In this document: positions 22,026 through 34,009 of the stretch, piece after piece
Position numbering within the stretch: position 1 is the stretch's first letter
How the letters are laid out: the number at the start of each line of letters is the position of its first letter
From: an uncultured delta proteobacterium
GTDB lineage: Bacteria; Myxococcota_A; Polyangia; Haliangiales; Haliangiaceae
DNA length: 64,000 nt
Assembly: GCA_963848295.1 (NCBI GenBank)
Contig: CAWKDB010000010.1
Span: 3,200,001 to 3,264,000, forward strand
Direction: 5' to 3'
Program-made: the position numbers and the translations under genes
Notes under the pieces: generated by a model
The model's database searches: none
Seen by the model: only the letters and a program-made list of their open reading frames with translations
Told to the model about the DNA's origin: nothing

Positions 22026-23000
22026 CTATTGTTGCGCACCGGCGGTAAGCGCCGCCACCTGATCTAGCGACGGTAACAACATTGCCGCTCCGGCGCCTTC
22101 GCCGTGGCCGAGCCCGGCATCGAGCATGGGCACGAGCCCGAGGTGCGCGAGCGCGGCCGGGAGCGTGAAGCTGCCGCGGTGCGCCGCGACCAGGTAGCCT
22201 CGTACGGCGGGCGCGAGCTCCGCGGCGACGAGTGCGGCGGCACCGGTCGCGTAGCCGTCGAGGATGATCGGGATATCGAACGAGGCCGCGGCGAGGATCA
22301 GGCCGGCGAGCACGCCGAGGTCGGATCCGCCCCAAGCCGCGAGGCGCGGTACACCGGGCTCACAGGGCGCGGTGACGGCGCGGGCCGCGATCGCATCGGC
22401 TCCCGAGTCGCCGAGCCCGGTCGGCGCGCGCCCGGTGGCTGCGGCGAGCAGGGCGGCCGCTGCGAGCTCCGAGCCCAGGCCGAGTGCACCGAGCGCGAAC
22501 GCCGCGACGCGCTCGGCTTCGACCAACGACACCGCGAGCGCGATGCCGGCTTCGATCGCGGCGATCGCGGCGGCTTCGCCGAGCGCCGGGCCGCGTGTGA
22601 CATCGGCGCTCGGTGCGAGTCCGAGCCGCACGGTCGCAGCCGGCATCGCGTCGGGCTCGCGCACTCCCGCATCGACCACGACGATCGGCGCCGCGGCAGC
22701 GCGGGCGAGCTGAGCGAGCGCGGCCGAGCCATCGCAGATCGCGCGCGCGGCGATGGCGGTCGGGTGGGCAGGACCCAGCGCGATGCCGGGATCGCCACAG
22801 CCGTGGTCACCGGCGACCACGACGATCATGCGCGGAGTCGCGCGCACCGCGGGCGTGTGCTGCGCGCCCGCGATCGCGCCGGCGAGCCGTTGTAGCAAGT
22901 CGCTGCCGGCGGCTGCAGCTTTCGCACGCGCGGCATCGCGACACGCCGCCGACGCCGGGCCGATTGTCGCGACGACTTGCGCGATGACGTCGCGGCTCAC
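22026..23000 (-). CDS. cobT: Nicotinate-nucleotide:dimethylbenzimidazole phosphoribosyltransferase-like
   Basis: VVAGDHG, VVDAGV, IILDGY, AHRGS, LGHGEGAGA; GTG start overlaps the permease stop (GTGA). Confidence 0.8.
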   Translation of the reverse strand: MSRDVIAQVVATIGPASAACRDAARAKAAAAGSDLLQRLAGAIAGAQHTPAVRATPRMIVVVAGDHGCGDPGIALGPAHPTAIAARAICDGSAALAQLARAAAAPIVVVDAGVREPDAMPAATVRLGLAPSADVTRGPALGEAAAIAAIEAGIALAVSLVEAERVAAFALGALGLGSELAAAALLAAATGRAPTGLGDSGADAIAARAVTAPCEPGVPRLAAWGGSDLGVLAGLILAAASFDIPIILDGYATGAAALVAAELAPAVRGYLVAAHRGSFTLPAALAHLGLVPMLDAGLGHGEGAGAAMLLPSLDQVAALTAGAQQ

Positions 23001-24036
23001 GTCCTCCCCCACATCGCGGCGTCGCGCTTGTGGCGCATCATGATCGCGAAGAAGAACGGCACGCCGAGCACCGCGGTCACCGCGCCGGTCGGCAATCGCG
23101 CCCACGCGAGCAGGCAGCGGGTGAGCGTGTCGCACACGGTCAAGACGAGCGCGCCGCCGAGCATCGACGCCGGCAACAGCGCGCGGTGATCCGGCCCGAT
23201 GATCGAGCGCAACACGTGCGGCACGACGAGCCCGATGAACCCGATCGGGCCGCCGATCGCGATCGCGCCACCGACGAGCAGCGACGCGATCAGGAACACG
23301 ACGATCTGCGTGCGCGCGACCGCGACGCCGAGCGACGCCGCGACTTCTTCGCCGGCGGCGAGCGCGTTGAGCTCCGGCCCGTACAGGACGAGTGCGACCA
23401 TCCCGATCGCGATCGGCGCCGCCATGTACTTCGCGGTGTCGAAGTTCGCCGGATCGAGGCCGCCCATCGTCCAGCCGAGCATGTGGGTGACGTCGGAGAA
23501 GTCGCTCGTGTACTGGACCAACACCGATGCCGACGAGCAGAACATCGAGATCGCGACGCCCGCGAGGATCAACGTCGCCGGCGGCAGCTGGCGGCCGATG
23601 CGCGCGAGATAGGCGATCGCGATGAGCGTGACGAGTGCGCCGACGAGCGCGGCGCCGCTGACTCCGAGCGAACCGAAAGCTTGCTCCGCGCCGAGTCGGA
23701 TCGCGAGCACCGCGGCGAGCGAGCTGCCGGACGAGATGCCGAGCGTGAACGGCTCGGCGAGCGGGTTGCGCAACAGCGCCTGCAGCGCGCAGCCGGCACC
23801 GCCGAGCGCGGCGCCGACGAGCAGCGACTCGGCGATCTGCTCGACCCGCAGCACGAAGATCGCGTGGTCCGGCGCGGCGCCGCACGGACCGCACCAAAGC
23901 CGAGCCATGCGAACGAATGGCCGAAAAACGGCGCGAGCCCGGCGACGATCGCGCACGCGAGTGCACACAGGCCGAGCGTCGTGACGAACCGCGTCCCGGT
24001 CAGGCGTTTGCCGCCGGCCGAAACGAAGCCGCTCAC
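22997..24036 (-). CDS. BtuC/FecCD-family ABC permease, one frameshift near 23880
   Basis: LQALLRNPLAEPFTLGISSG, AASLGV, IGFIGLVVPH, GVPFF; N-terminus lies in the frame of ORF 23569..24816. Confidence 0.88.
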
Positions 24037-24800
24037 AACGGCACCGCGAACTTGCCGCCGGACGGCAAGTCTCCGACGTGAAACGCCAGACCGAAAGCCG
24101 CGGCGGTCGCCGAGGATGCGATCACGTCGGCGGGCGCTCCGCGCGACGCGATCCGACCGTCGGCGACGAGCCACAGCGTGCGGCCAAAGCGCAGCGCCAG
24201 ATCGAGATCGTGCGCGACGACCACCGCGCCGCCGCCGCCATCGCAGTGTGCGCGAACGACATCGAACACCCCGCGAGCGTGCGCGGGGTCGAGCCCGGCG
24301 GTCGGCTCGTCGAGCAGCAAGCACTTCGCGCCCTGACACAGCGCTTGCGCGAGGATCACGCGGCGCGCTTCGCCGCCGGACAGCTCGTCGAAGCGGCGCC
24401 CGGCGAGCTCGGCGACATCGCACGCGGTCATCGCGGCGCGCCCGGCGGCGACATCGTCGTCGGTCGCCAAGCCGAGACCGCGTTGCCGCGCGTAGCGGCC
24501 GAGCAACACGACATCCTCGACGACGAACGGAAACGCGAGGTCGTAGCGCTGTGGCAGGTACGCGAGCTCGCGCGCGATCGCACGCCGGTTGCTCGACGCC
24601 GGATCGAGCCCGGCGATCCGCACGGTGCCGGCGGTCGGAGCGATCAAGCCGGCGAGCGCGCGCAACAGCGTGGTCTTGCCCGCGCCGTTCGGACCGACGA
24701 TGACGACGAGCTCGCCGCCGTTGATCTGCGCGTTCACGCCGTGGACGACGCGACGGCCGCCGAGCGCGACGTCGACATCGGTGAGCTGCACGAGCGACAT
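24033..24800 (-). CDS. BtuD/FecE-like ABC ATPase
   Basis: GPNGAGKT, LSGGE, LLLDEPTAGLD, HDL. Confidence 0.92.
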   Translation of the reverse strand: MSLVQLTDVDVALGGRRVVHGVNAQINGGELVVIVGPNGAGKTTLLRALAGLIAPTAGTVRIAGLDPASSNRRAIARELAYLPQRYDLAFPFVVEDVVLLGRYARQRGLGLATDDDVAAGRAAMTACDVAELAGRRFDELSGGEARRVILAQALCQGAKCLLLDEPTAGLDPAHARGVFDVVRAHCDGGGGAVVVAHDLDLALRFGRTLWLVADGRIASRGAPADVIASSATAAAFGLAFHVGDLPSGGKFAVPL

Positions 24801-24988
24801 ACAGCGTGTGTATCACTCACAGCGCGTCGGAGTCGCGGCGCACGACGAACGGCGGTGGCTTTGACTATTTGGACGAATGCGACGGATCTTCGAGGAGGAT
24901 CGCCGGCGAATCGCAGATGAAAAAGAACCCATCGATCATCTTTGGGGGTGACGGCGGAGGGACGGTGCCATCGCCGCGCTCGAGAGGT

Positions 24989-25834
24989 CTACTCGATCGC
25001 CTTGGCCAGCGCTGCGAGTGCGGGGGCGATCCGCGGCGATGGCGCCATCAGATACGGCTCGGTGAGCGCGACGACATGGCCGCTTGCGACCGCCGGCACG
25101 GCGACGTCGTGCCACGGCGCGATGCCGTCCTTCGCGGCGTAAGACAGATCGAGGATGACGTCGGGGTTCGCGGCGAGCACTTCTTCGATCGAGATCTTCG
25201 GATAACGCACTCCCGAGGTCGCGAGGACGTTGTCGCCCCCGACCACCGCGAGCAGCTCGTCGATCCAGCTGCCCGGTCCCGCCGCGACCATGCCGCCCAA
25301 GCCGCCGGATTCGCGATCGATGATCGCGAGCACTCTCGGGTGGTGCGCCGGTCGGTGCGCGGTCGCGTTCGCGATCGCGCCGTGGATCTCGGCGATCACG
25401 GCGTCGGCTTGGCGGTCGCGATGCAAGGTCGCGCCGACCGTACGGAGCGCGGCCTCGACATCGCCGAGCGCGTGAAACGCGCACTGCACCGTCGCGATTC
25501 CCGCTCCGTGCAGCGCCTTCTCGGCGTCGCCATGAATATCATCCACGATGACCAGCGTCGGATGGAGCGCGACGATCGACTCGAGGTTCGGCGCGGTGAA
25601 GCTGCCGACCTTCGGCAGCTGCTTGACCTCGGGCGGAAACACCGAATAATCGTCGACGCCGACCAGCATCCCCGCGGCACCGAGCGCCGCGACGACCTCG
25701 GTACCTGACGGCATGAGCGTCACGATCCGCGCGGCTTGGCCGGCGGGCGGTGGCGGCGGCGCGGGCGGCGAACCGCAGCCGACCGCGTGCCACGTCGCGA
25801 TCGCGATCACGCCGAGCACCAGAGACCGCCGCAT
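24989..25834 (-). CDS. BtuF-like helical-backbone substrate-binding lipoprotein
   Basis: RIVTLMPSGTE, LVGVDDYSVFP, PNLESIVALHP, GSWIDELL...GGDN, PSPR. Confidence 0.88.
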   Translation of the reverse strand: MRRSLVLGVIAIATWHAVGCGSPPAPPPPPAGQAARIVTLMPSGTEVVAALGAAGMLVGVDDYSVFPPEVKQLPKVGSFTAPNLESIVALHPTLVIVDDIHGDAEKALHGAGIATVQCAFHALGDVEAALRTVGATLHRDRQADAVIAEIHGAIANATAHRPAHHPRVLAIIDRESGGLGGMVAAGPGSWIDELLAVVGGDNVLATSGVRYPKISIEEVLAANPDVILDLSYAAKDGIAPWHDVAVPAVASGHVVALTEPYLMAPSPRIAPALAALAKAIE

Positions 25835-25875
25835 GTGCTCGTCCGTACCACACCGCGCGCTGGTATCGTGGATCC

Positions 25876-27486
25876 GTGAGCGACGCCGAGCTGATCGGAA
25901 CCGTCCTCGACGGTCGCTATCGCGTGATCTCGCCGATCGCGGAGGGCGCGATGGGTAGCGTCTATCGCGGCGAGCGCGTCAACCTCGGGCGCGAGGTCGC
26001 GATCAAGGTGATGCGCGGCGCGTTGCCGGGCGAGCTATCGAGTCGCGAGCGGTTCGCGCGCGAGGCGCAGGTGATGGCGAAGCTCGACCATCCGCACTGC
26101 GTCGCGGTGATCGATTTCGGCGTGCACGATGACAAGCCGTATGTCGTGATGGATCTCGTCCGCGGGACGAGCCTCATCGATCTGCTCGCGGGTAAGCGCT
26201 TCGAGCCGCGGCGCGCGGCCGAGATCATGCGGCAGATGCTGTCCGGGTTGGCGCACGCGCACGAGCTCGGCATCATCCATCGCGACATCAAGCCGGCGAA
26301 CGTCATGGTCGCGACCCAGACCGCGCTCGGCGAGCAGATCAAGTTGCTCGACTTCGGGCTCGCGCGCTTCGTCGAGCAGAGCACGAAGCTCACGACCGGC
26401 ATCGTCGTCGGTACGCCGAACTACATGGCGCCGGAGCAGTGCCGCGGTCAGGACATCGACACCCGCGCCGACCTCTACGCCTGCGGCGTCGTGCTGTTCG
26501 AGATGCTGACCGGCGACAAGCCGTTCGCGGCCGACGATCCGGTCGGGGTCGTGCGCATGCACCTGCATCAGCCCGCGCCGACCTTGGCGTCGGTCGTGCC
26601 CGGACCCGAGCTGGCGGCGTTCGAGCCGATCGTCGCGCGCGCGCTCGCGAAGGCGCCGGCGGATCGCTATGCGTCGGCCGAGGACATGGCCGCGGCGATC
26701 GGCGCGGTCATCGACACGCTGCCCTCGGTCATGCCAGCGACCGCGTCGGCGCCGGTGCGCGCATCGGAAGCGGAGGTCGCCACCGCATCCGGGTGGGAGG
26801 TGCCCCGCGGTTATACGCCGCCGAGCGATGGCGCGCCGGCGGCCGAGCTCGTCGTGCCGGTGACGCGGCCTTCGGTGCAACCGCGCTCGGGGGTCCCGCC
26901 GACGCGGCCGATGGCGACGGCGCGACCGCTGCCGATGAAGCCACTGCTGATCGGCGGCGGTGTCGTCGCGGTGGTGATCGTCATCGCGTTCGCCGCTCGC
27001 TCGGGCTCGTCGTCGCAGGTCGGCGCGCCCGCCGACGCGGCGGTCGTCGTCACGAAGCCGCCGATCGATGCCGCCGTCATCGATCCAGTCGCCGGCGCGC
27101 TCGCGCGAGCGAACGAGCTGTTCGCACAGGGCCACCTCGAGCACGCGCTCGAGATCGTGAACGCAGCGCGCTTGCTCGCGCCCCAGAACGCGGAGCTCGC
27201 ATATCTCGACGGGCGGATCTATTTCGCGAAGCTGTGGTGGACCGACGGCATTCGCTGCCTGCGCGACGCGGTTCGTCTCGAGCCGGCCTATCGCAGCGAT
27301 CCCGAGCTGATCAAGACGGTCTTGCGCGGGTTCTTGATCACGCCGCGCACCGAGTCGAACCTCGCGGCGTTTCTCGTCGAGCTCGGTCCCGATGCGAGGC
27401 CGCTGGTCGAGGACGCGGCGCAGAATCACCCGAATCGCGCGTTGCGAGATCGCGCGGCGGCGCTGCTCAAGCGCTTTCGCGACTGA
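25876..27486 (+). CDS. Membrane Ser/Thr protein kinase with a C-terminal TPR-like region
   Basis: GAMGSVY, VAIK, HRDIKPAN, DFG, GTPNYMAPE; TM helix after a Pro-rich linker. Confidence 0.93.
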   Translation: MSDAELIGTVLDGRYRVISPIAEGAMGSVYRGERVNLGREVAIKVMRGALPGELSSRERFAREAQVMAKLDHPHCVAVIDFGVHDDKPYVVMDLVRGTSLIDLLAGKRFEPRRAAEIMRQMLSGLAHAHELGIIHRDIKPANVMVATQTALGEQIKLLDFGLARFVEQSTKLTTGIVVGTPNYMAPEQCRGQDIDTRADLYACGVVLFEMLTGDKPFAADDPVGVVRMHLHQPAPTLASVVPGPELAAFEPIVARALAKAPADRYASAEDMAAAIGAVIDTLPSVMPATASAPVRASEAEVATASGWEVPRGYTPPSDGAPAAELVVPVTRPSVQPRSGVPPTRPMATARPLPMKPLLIGGGVVAVVIVIAFAARSGSSSQVGAPADAAVVVTKPPIDAAVIDPVAGALARANELFAQGHLEHALEIVNAARLLAPQNAELAYLDGRIYFAKLWWTDGIRCLRDAVRLEPAYRSDPELIKTVLRGFLITPRTESNLAAFLVELGPDARPLVEDAAQNHPNRALRDRAAALLKRFRD

Positions 27487-27540
27487 TCGTCGACGCATCC
27501 TCCTCGCAGCCAACTCGCGCGTGGTCTCGGCATGGTTTCG

Positions 27541-27619
27541 ATCCTCGACGGAGCGCGTCATCGTGCATCGAAATCCTCGTCGGACCGCGTCATCGCGCGT
27601 CGGAATCCTCGTCGGAGCG
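27541..27619. repeat. Degenerate 32-bp tandem repeat (about 2.5 units)
   Basis: atcctcgWcggaScg starts at 27541, 27573 and 27605. Confidence 0.7.
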
Positions 27620-27791
27620 GGCCTGTTTCTGATCGCCTGATGATCTGGAGATCATGCAGCCACTCCCGCGCCACGGCGGCGTCACACTCCGTGAAAAAAA
27701 CCTCTGTTCCACCGCAATCCGGACCCCGTCGCAAATTTTTTTCGACCCGAGATCTCTCCGTAACTCGGCGCGTCAATTCACCGGTTTCGAG

Positions 27792-27901
27792 ACCTCCACA
27801 GGCTTATCCACACGGTTATCCAAATAATTAGGATCCCATGGAAAAACGCGATGGCTTCACCCGCAATCCACCCTCAATTCACAGCTAGTCCACGTGGATA
27901 T
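27792..27901 (+). promoter_or_regulatory. DnaA-box cluster
   Basis: Perfect TTATCCACA at 27804, TTATCCAAA at 27816, degenerate boxes at 27792, 27853, 27864, 27875, 27886 and a reverse box at 27893. Confidence 0.65.
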
Positions 27902-27914
27902 CTCACTCGTGACC

Positions 27915-27961
27915 ACACTAGCTGTAGGATACGCTCCCGAACCACCCACCAAATCTAGTGC
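27915..27961 (+). promoter_or_regulatory. Tandem NrdR boxes
   Basis: acactagctgtaggat (27915) and ccaccaaatctagtgc (27946) resemble acaCwAtATaTwGtgt; starts are 31 bp apart; upstream of nrdJ. Confidence 0.8.
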
Positions 27962-27969
27962 ACTTTTTC

Positions 27970-27998
27970 TTGCCCACTCCTAACGGGGTAAGTAGAAA
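27970..27998 (+). promoter_or_regulatory. Candidate sigma70-type promoter for nrdJ
   Basis: TTGCCC-N17-TAGAAA directly downstream of NrdR box 2. Confidence 0.4.
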
Positions 27999-28338
27999 GG
28001 AACTCCGCCGCGCTTGTCCTTCGCGGAACAGCTCTGAAGCCCGCAAGCCGTCACCTGAATTAGCGAGAAGCCGGTCCACAAAACATCGCCCTGCGTGGGC
28101 CGCTCCACGCCGCGTAACGCGAAAAGTCACAGGGCTCTGATAGAGCCGTCACCCACGCAAGAATCCAGACCGAAGACAAGAGTCGCGCACACCGGGATCG
28201 CCGCCCGGGACTGAACATTCGCTAGTGGTTTCGGGCAGTAGCCGAAGCTGCCGCTGGGGCTCCTATGCCCGAACGCCGCCACCGTCAGATCCACCCGTCA
28301 TCATTTTCTACCAGCCGCCAGGTTCTACAGGAGGGGTC

Positions 28339-31263
<2,925 letters not shown>

Positions 31264-31305
31264 CTACGGCGTTCCGAGCGCGTCGGCACGGCCGATGCAC
31301 CGACG

Positions 31306-31491
31306 ATGGTCATGGCTGCACCAAAAATCGCAACGACGGTGCTCGTGGTCTACGTGCTGGCGATGGTGGCCGTCGTGATCGGCCTGGATGTTCTGTTCTT
31401 CAGGAACCGAATCTGGCCGCGGCTGATGGTGAACGTCGGGGTCGTCCTGGTGTTCGGGGCGTTCTATCTGAGGTTCCTGAAGCGTCCTTGA
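31306..31491 (+). CDS. Small two-TM membrane protein
   Basis: Two hydrophobic helices and a basic C-terminus. Confidence 0.6.
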   Translation: MVMAAPKIATTVLVVYVLAMVAVVIGLDVLFFRNRIWPRLMVNVGVVLVFGAFYLRFLKRP

Positions 31492-31537
31492 GCAGAGCCG
31501 CCGCAATGCGGCGAGCCAAGCAGGCTAGAATGACGAG

Positions 31538-32512
31538 GTGGATGTCCGCCGCGGAGCCGCCGTCGCGTGTGCGCTCGTAGCGGCGTGCTCGACGCCGAGC
31601 GAGTCGGTGCAGACCCAGGCGGTGATGCAGTGTCCGACCGATACGGTCGAAGGTGTCGATGTCTATTCGGGCGACGGCGCGATCGATTGGGCGAAGGTCG
31701 CCGGCTCGGGACGGAAGTTCGCGTTCATCAAGGCGACGCAGGGCAACTACAACACGCAATCGACGTTCGAGACGAACTGGAACGACTCGCTGTCGAACGG
31801 TCTGTATCGCAGCCCGTATCACTTCTTCGACGGCACGATCGACGGCGTCACCCAGGCGAATTGGTTTCTCGACGAGCTGACCTCGGTAGGTGGCCTGCAA
31901 CAGGGCGATCTCGCGCCGATGCTCGACATCGAGTGTCCGACCTCGTCGAGTGAGAGCGGCTCGTCTCCCGATTGCGAGTACACCGGCGACTCGGGCTGGG
32001 TCGCGAGCGCGACGCTGCAGAGCCGGATCTTCGACTGGCTCGATACGGTACAAGCCGCGACCGGTCGCAAGCCGATCATCTACAGCTACGTGTCGTGGTT
32101 CGCGAGCGTTGGCGTGACCGATTCGATGCTCGCGACGTATCCACTCTACATCGCGAGCTACAACCCGTGTCCGACGATCCCGGCGCCGTGGACCGAGACG
32201 GTGTTCTGGCAGTACTCGGCGAGCGGCACGGTTCCCGGGATCACGCCGAGCGCGGATCTCGACCGGTTCATGGGCACGGCAGACCAGCTCGCCGGGATGA
32301 CCGGGCAGATCGACGCCGGGATCGACGCCGCCGAGGCCGATGCCGCGGACGCCGGTTCTGCCATGGAGACCGGGGGCAAAGGCGGGTGCGGGTGCGGTGC
32401 CGGGGTCGGAGCCGGCGGGCCGATCACCACGATGCTCGGCGCCGCCCTCGTCGCCAGCTTGGTTCGCCGTCGCAAGCTATCGACTCGCAAGGCAAAGATC
32501 CGGCTCCGATAA
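31538..32512 (+). CDS. GH25 muramidase lipoprotein with a MYXO-CTERM-like tail
   Basis: GVDV, FAFIKATQG, YHFF, LDIE, FWQYS, DLDRF; GGCGC + TM + RRRK tail. Confidence 0.88.
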   Translation: MDVRRGAAVACALVAACSTPSESVQTQAVMQCPTDTVEGVDVYSGDGAIDWAKVAGSGRKFAFIKATQGNYNTQSTFETNWNDSLSNGLYRSPYHFFDGTIDGVTQANWFLDELTSVGGLQQGDLAPMLDIECPTSSSESGSSPDCEYTGDSGWVASATLQSRIFDWLDTVQAATGRKPIIYSYVSWFASVGVTDSMLATYPLYIASYNPCPTIPAPWTETVFWQYSASGTVPGITPSADLDRFMGTADQLAGMTGQIDAGIDAAEADAADAGSAMETGGKGGCGCGAGVGAGGPITTMLGAALVASLVRRRKLSTRKAKIRLR

Positions 32513-32545
32513 GCGGTCACTCGCGTTATAAACTGGACGCTTGCG

Positions 32546-33871
32546 ATGACCGACCAGCTCATTGACGACCGGTTCGAGGTCCTGTCGCTCGCCGCACGCG
32601 GCGCGATGGGCTCGGTCTACCGCGCGCGCGATCGGAGCACCGGTCGCGAGGTCGCGGTCAAGGTCAGCCAGCTCGGCGGCGAAGTAGATCGCGCGCGGTT
32701 CACCCGAGAGGCCAACTTGCTCGCGCTGCTCGAGCACGATGCGGTAGTGCGCTACATCGCGCACGGCATGACGACCGATGGTGCGCAGTATCTCGCGCAG
32801 GAGTGGGTCGAAGGCATCTCGCTGCGCGTCCAGCTGCGGTCGTTCGGGGTGTCCGCGGCCGAGGCGATCGCGATCGGGCTCGGTCTCTCCGATGCGCTGT
32901 CGGCGGCGCACGCGTTGGCGATCGTGCACCGCGATGTCAAGCCGGAGAACGTGATCCTCGCCGGCGGCAAAGCGCATGCGGTCAAGCTCGTCGACTTCGG
33001 CATCGCGCGGATGACCGATGCGGCGATGCGGCTGACCCGTACCGGCACGGTGATCGGCACGCCGTCGTACATGAGCCCGGAGCAAGCGCGCGGCGCGCAG
33101 ATCGTCGGGCCACCGAGCGACGTGTGGGCGACCGGCTGCGTGTTGTACGAGCTGCTCGCGGGTCATCAGGCGTTCTCGGGCCGGTCGCCGATGGCGGTCC
33201 GCGCGCGCGTCTTGCTCGATACGCCGGCGCCGCTCGCGATCGCGTGCCCGGAGGCGCCGATGCAGATCATCGACCTCGTCGAACGCATGCTCGCGCGCAC
33301 CGCCGCGGGGCGCCCCACGATCGCCGAGGTTCGCGAAGTGCTCGCGGCGGCGAAGGTCGGCGACGGTCCGCGCCGTCTCGTCGCCGAGCCGGCCTCGCCC
33401 GATTGGCCACGCGAGACCGTCGAGCTGTCACCCGCGGGTGCGCTCGGTTGCTTCGTGTTCTTTACGTCGACCGAGACCGACCTCCCGAGTGAGGCACGCG
33501 CCGCGATCGTCGACGAGATCGCGCAGCGTCACCAGCTCGACCCCCATCCGTTCGAAGACGGATCGGTGCTGTTCGCGCCGCGTGACGCCGGCAAGCCCGC
33601 GGCGCTCGCTGCCGCGCGTGCGGCGCTCGATCTCTATCGAGCACTACCCGGTTCGGCGATCACGATCGTGGCGCACCGCGCGGGCGGACCGGTCGCCGCG
33701 ACCTTCGAGCGCGGTGCGCAATCGCTCGACCGCCTGACGATGGCCGTCCTGTTCGGCGAGGGCGTCGTTCACGGCATCCGCCTCGATCCCGACATCGCCG
33801 AGCTGATCAGCGACGAGCACGTCATCGAGATGCAGGACGGTGCCCCGATGCTGATCGCCAAACGCGAATGA
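32546..33871 (+). CDS. Cytoplasmic Ser/Thr kinase with a degenerate cyclase-like C-terminal domain
   Basis: GAMGSVY, VAVK, HRDVKPEN, DFG, GTPSYMSPE; C-terminal domain call is tentative. Confidence 0.9.
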   Translation: MTDQLIDDRFEVLSLAARGAMGSVYRARDRSTGREVAVKVSQLGGEVDRARFTREANLLALLEHDAVVRYIAHGMTTDGAQYLAQEWVEGISLRVQLRSFGVSAAEAIAIGLGLSDALSAAHALAIVHRDVKPENVILAGGKAHAVKLVDFGIARMTDAAMRLTRTGTVIGTPSYMSPEQARGAQIVGPPSDVWATGCVLYELLAGHQAFSGRSPMAVRARVLLDTPAPLAIACPEAPMQIIDLVERMLARTAAGRPTIAEVREVLAAAKVGDGPRRLVAEPASPDWPRETVELSPAGALGCFVFFTSTETDLPSEARAAIVDEIAQRHQLDPHPFEDGSVLFAPRDAGKPAALAAARAALDLYRALPGSAITIVAHRAGGPVAATFERGAQSLDRLTMAVLFGEGVVHGIRLDPDIAELISDEHVIEMQDGAPMLIAKRE

Positions 33872-33977
33872 CTGGGGACGCTGTCTCTATTGTCAACTTG
33901 CGCGGATCCGTGAATCCGCCACGTGGCTGATATTACTTAGGTTGCGCTGGGGACGCTGTCTCTATTGTCACTTTGCG
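33872..33977 (+). repeat. Repeat doublet A (subtype I): 31-bp direct repeats with a 44-bp spacer
   Basis: ctggggacgctgtctctattgtcaacttgcg (33872) and ctggggacgctgtctctattgtcactttgcg (33947). Confidence 0.9.
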
Positions 33978-34009
33978 GTCGTCGCCGTCCGGATCAGCGA
34001 CCGTCCGGA

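Noticed and set aside
24801..24988. Cobalamin riboswitch within or upstream of the Btu-like genes
   Set aside because: No GGGAA...GCCACTG / B12-box consensus found by eye on either strand
33872..33977. Calling the doublets canonical CRISPR arrays
   Set aside because: Only two repeats per locus, different repeat subtypes between loci, no leader and no cas genes in the window; kept as an unclassified repeat family
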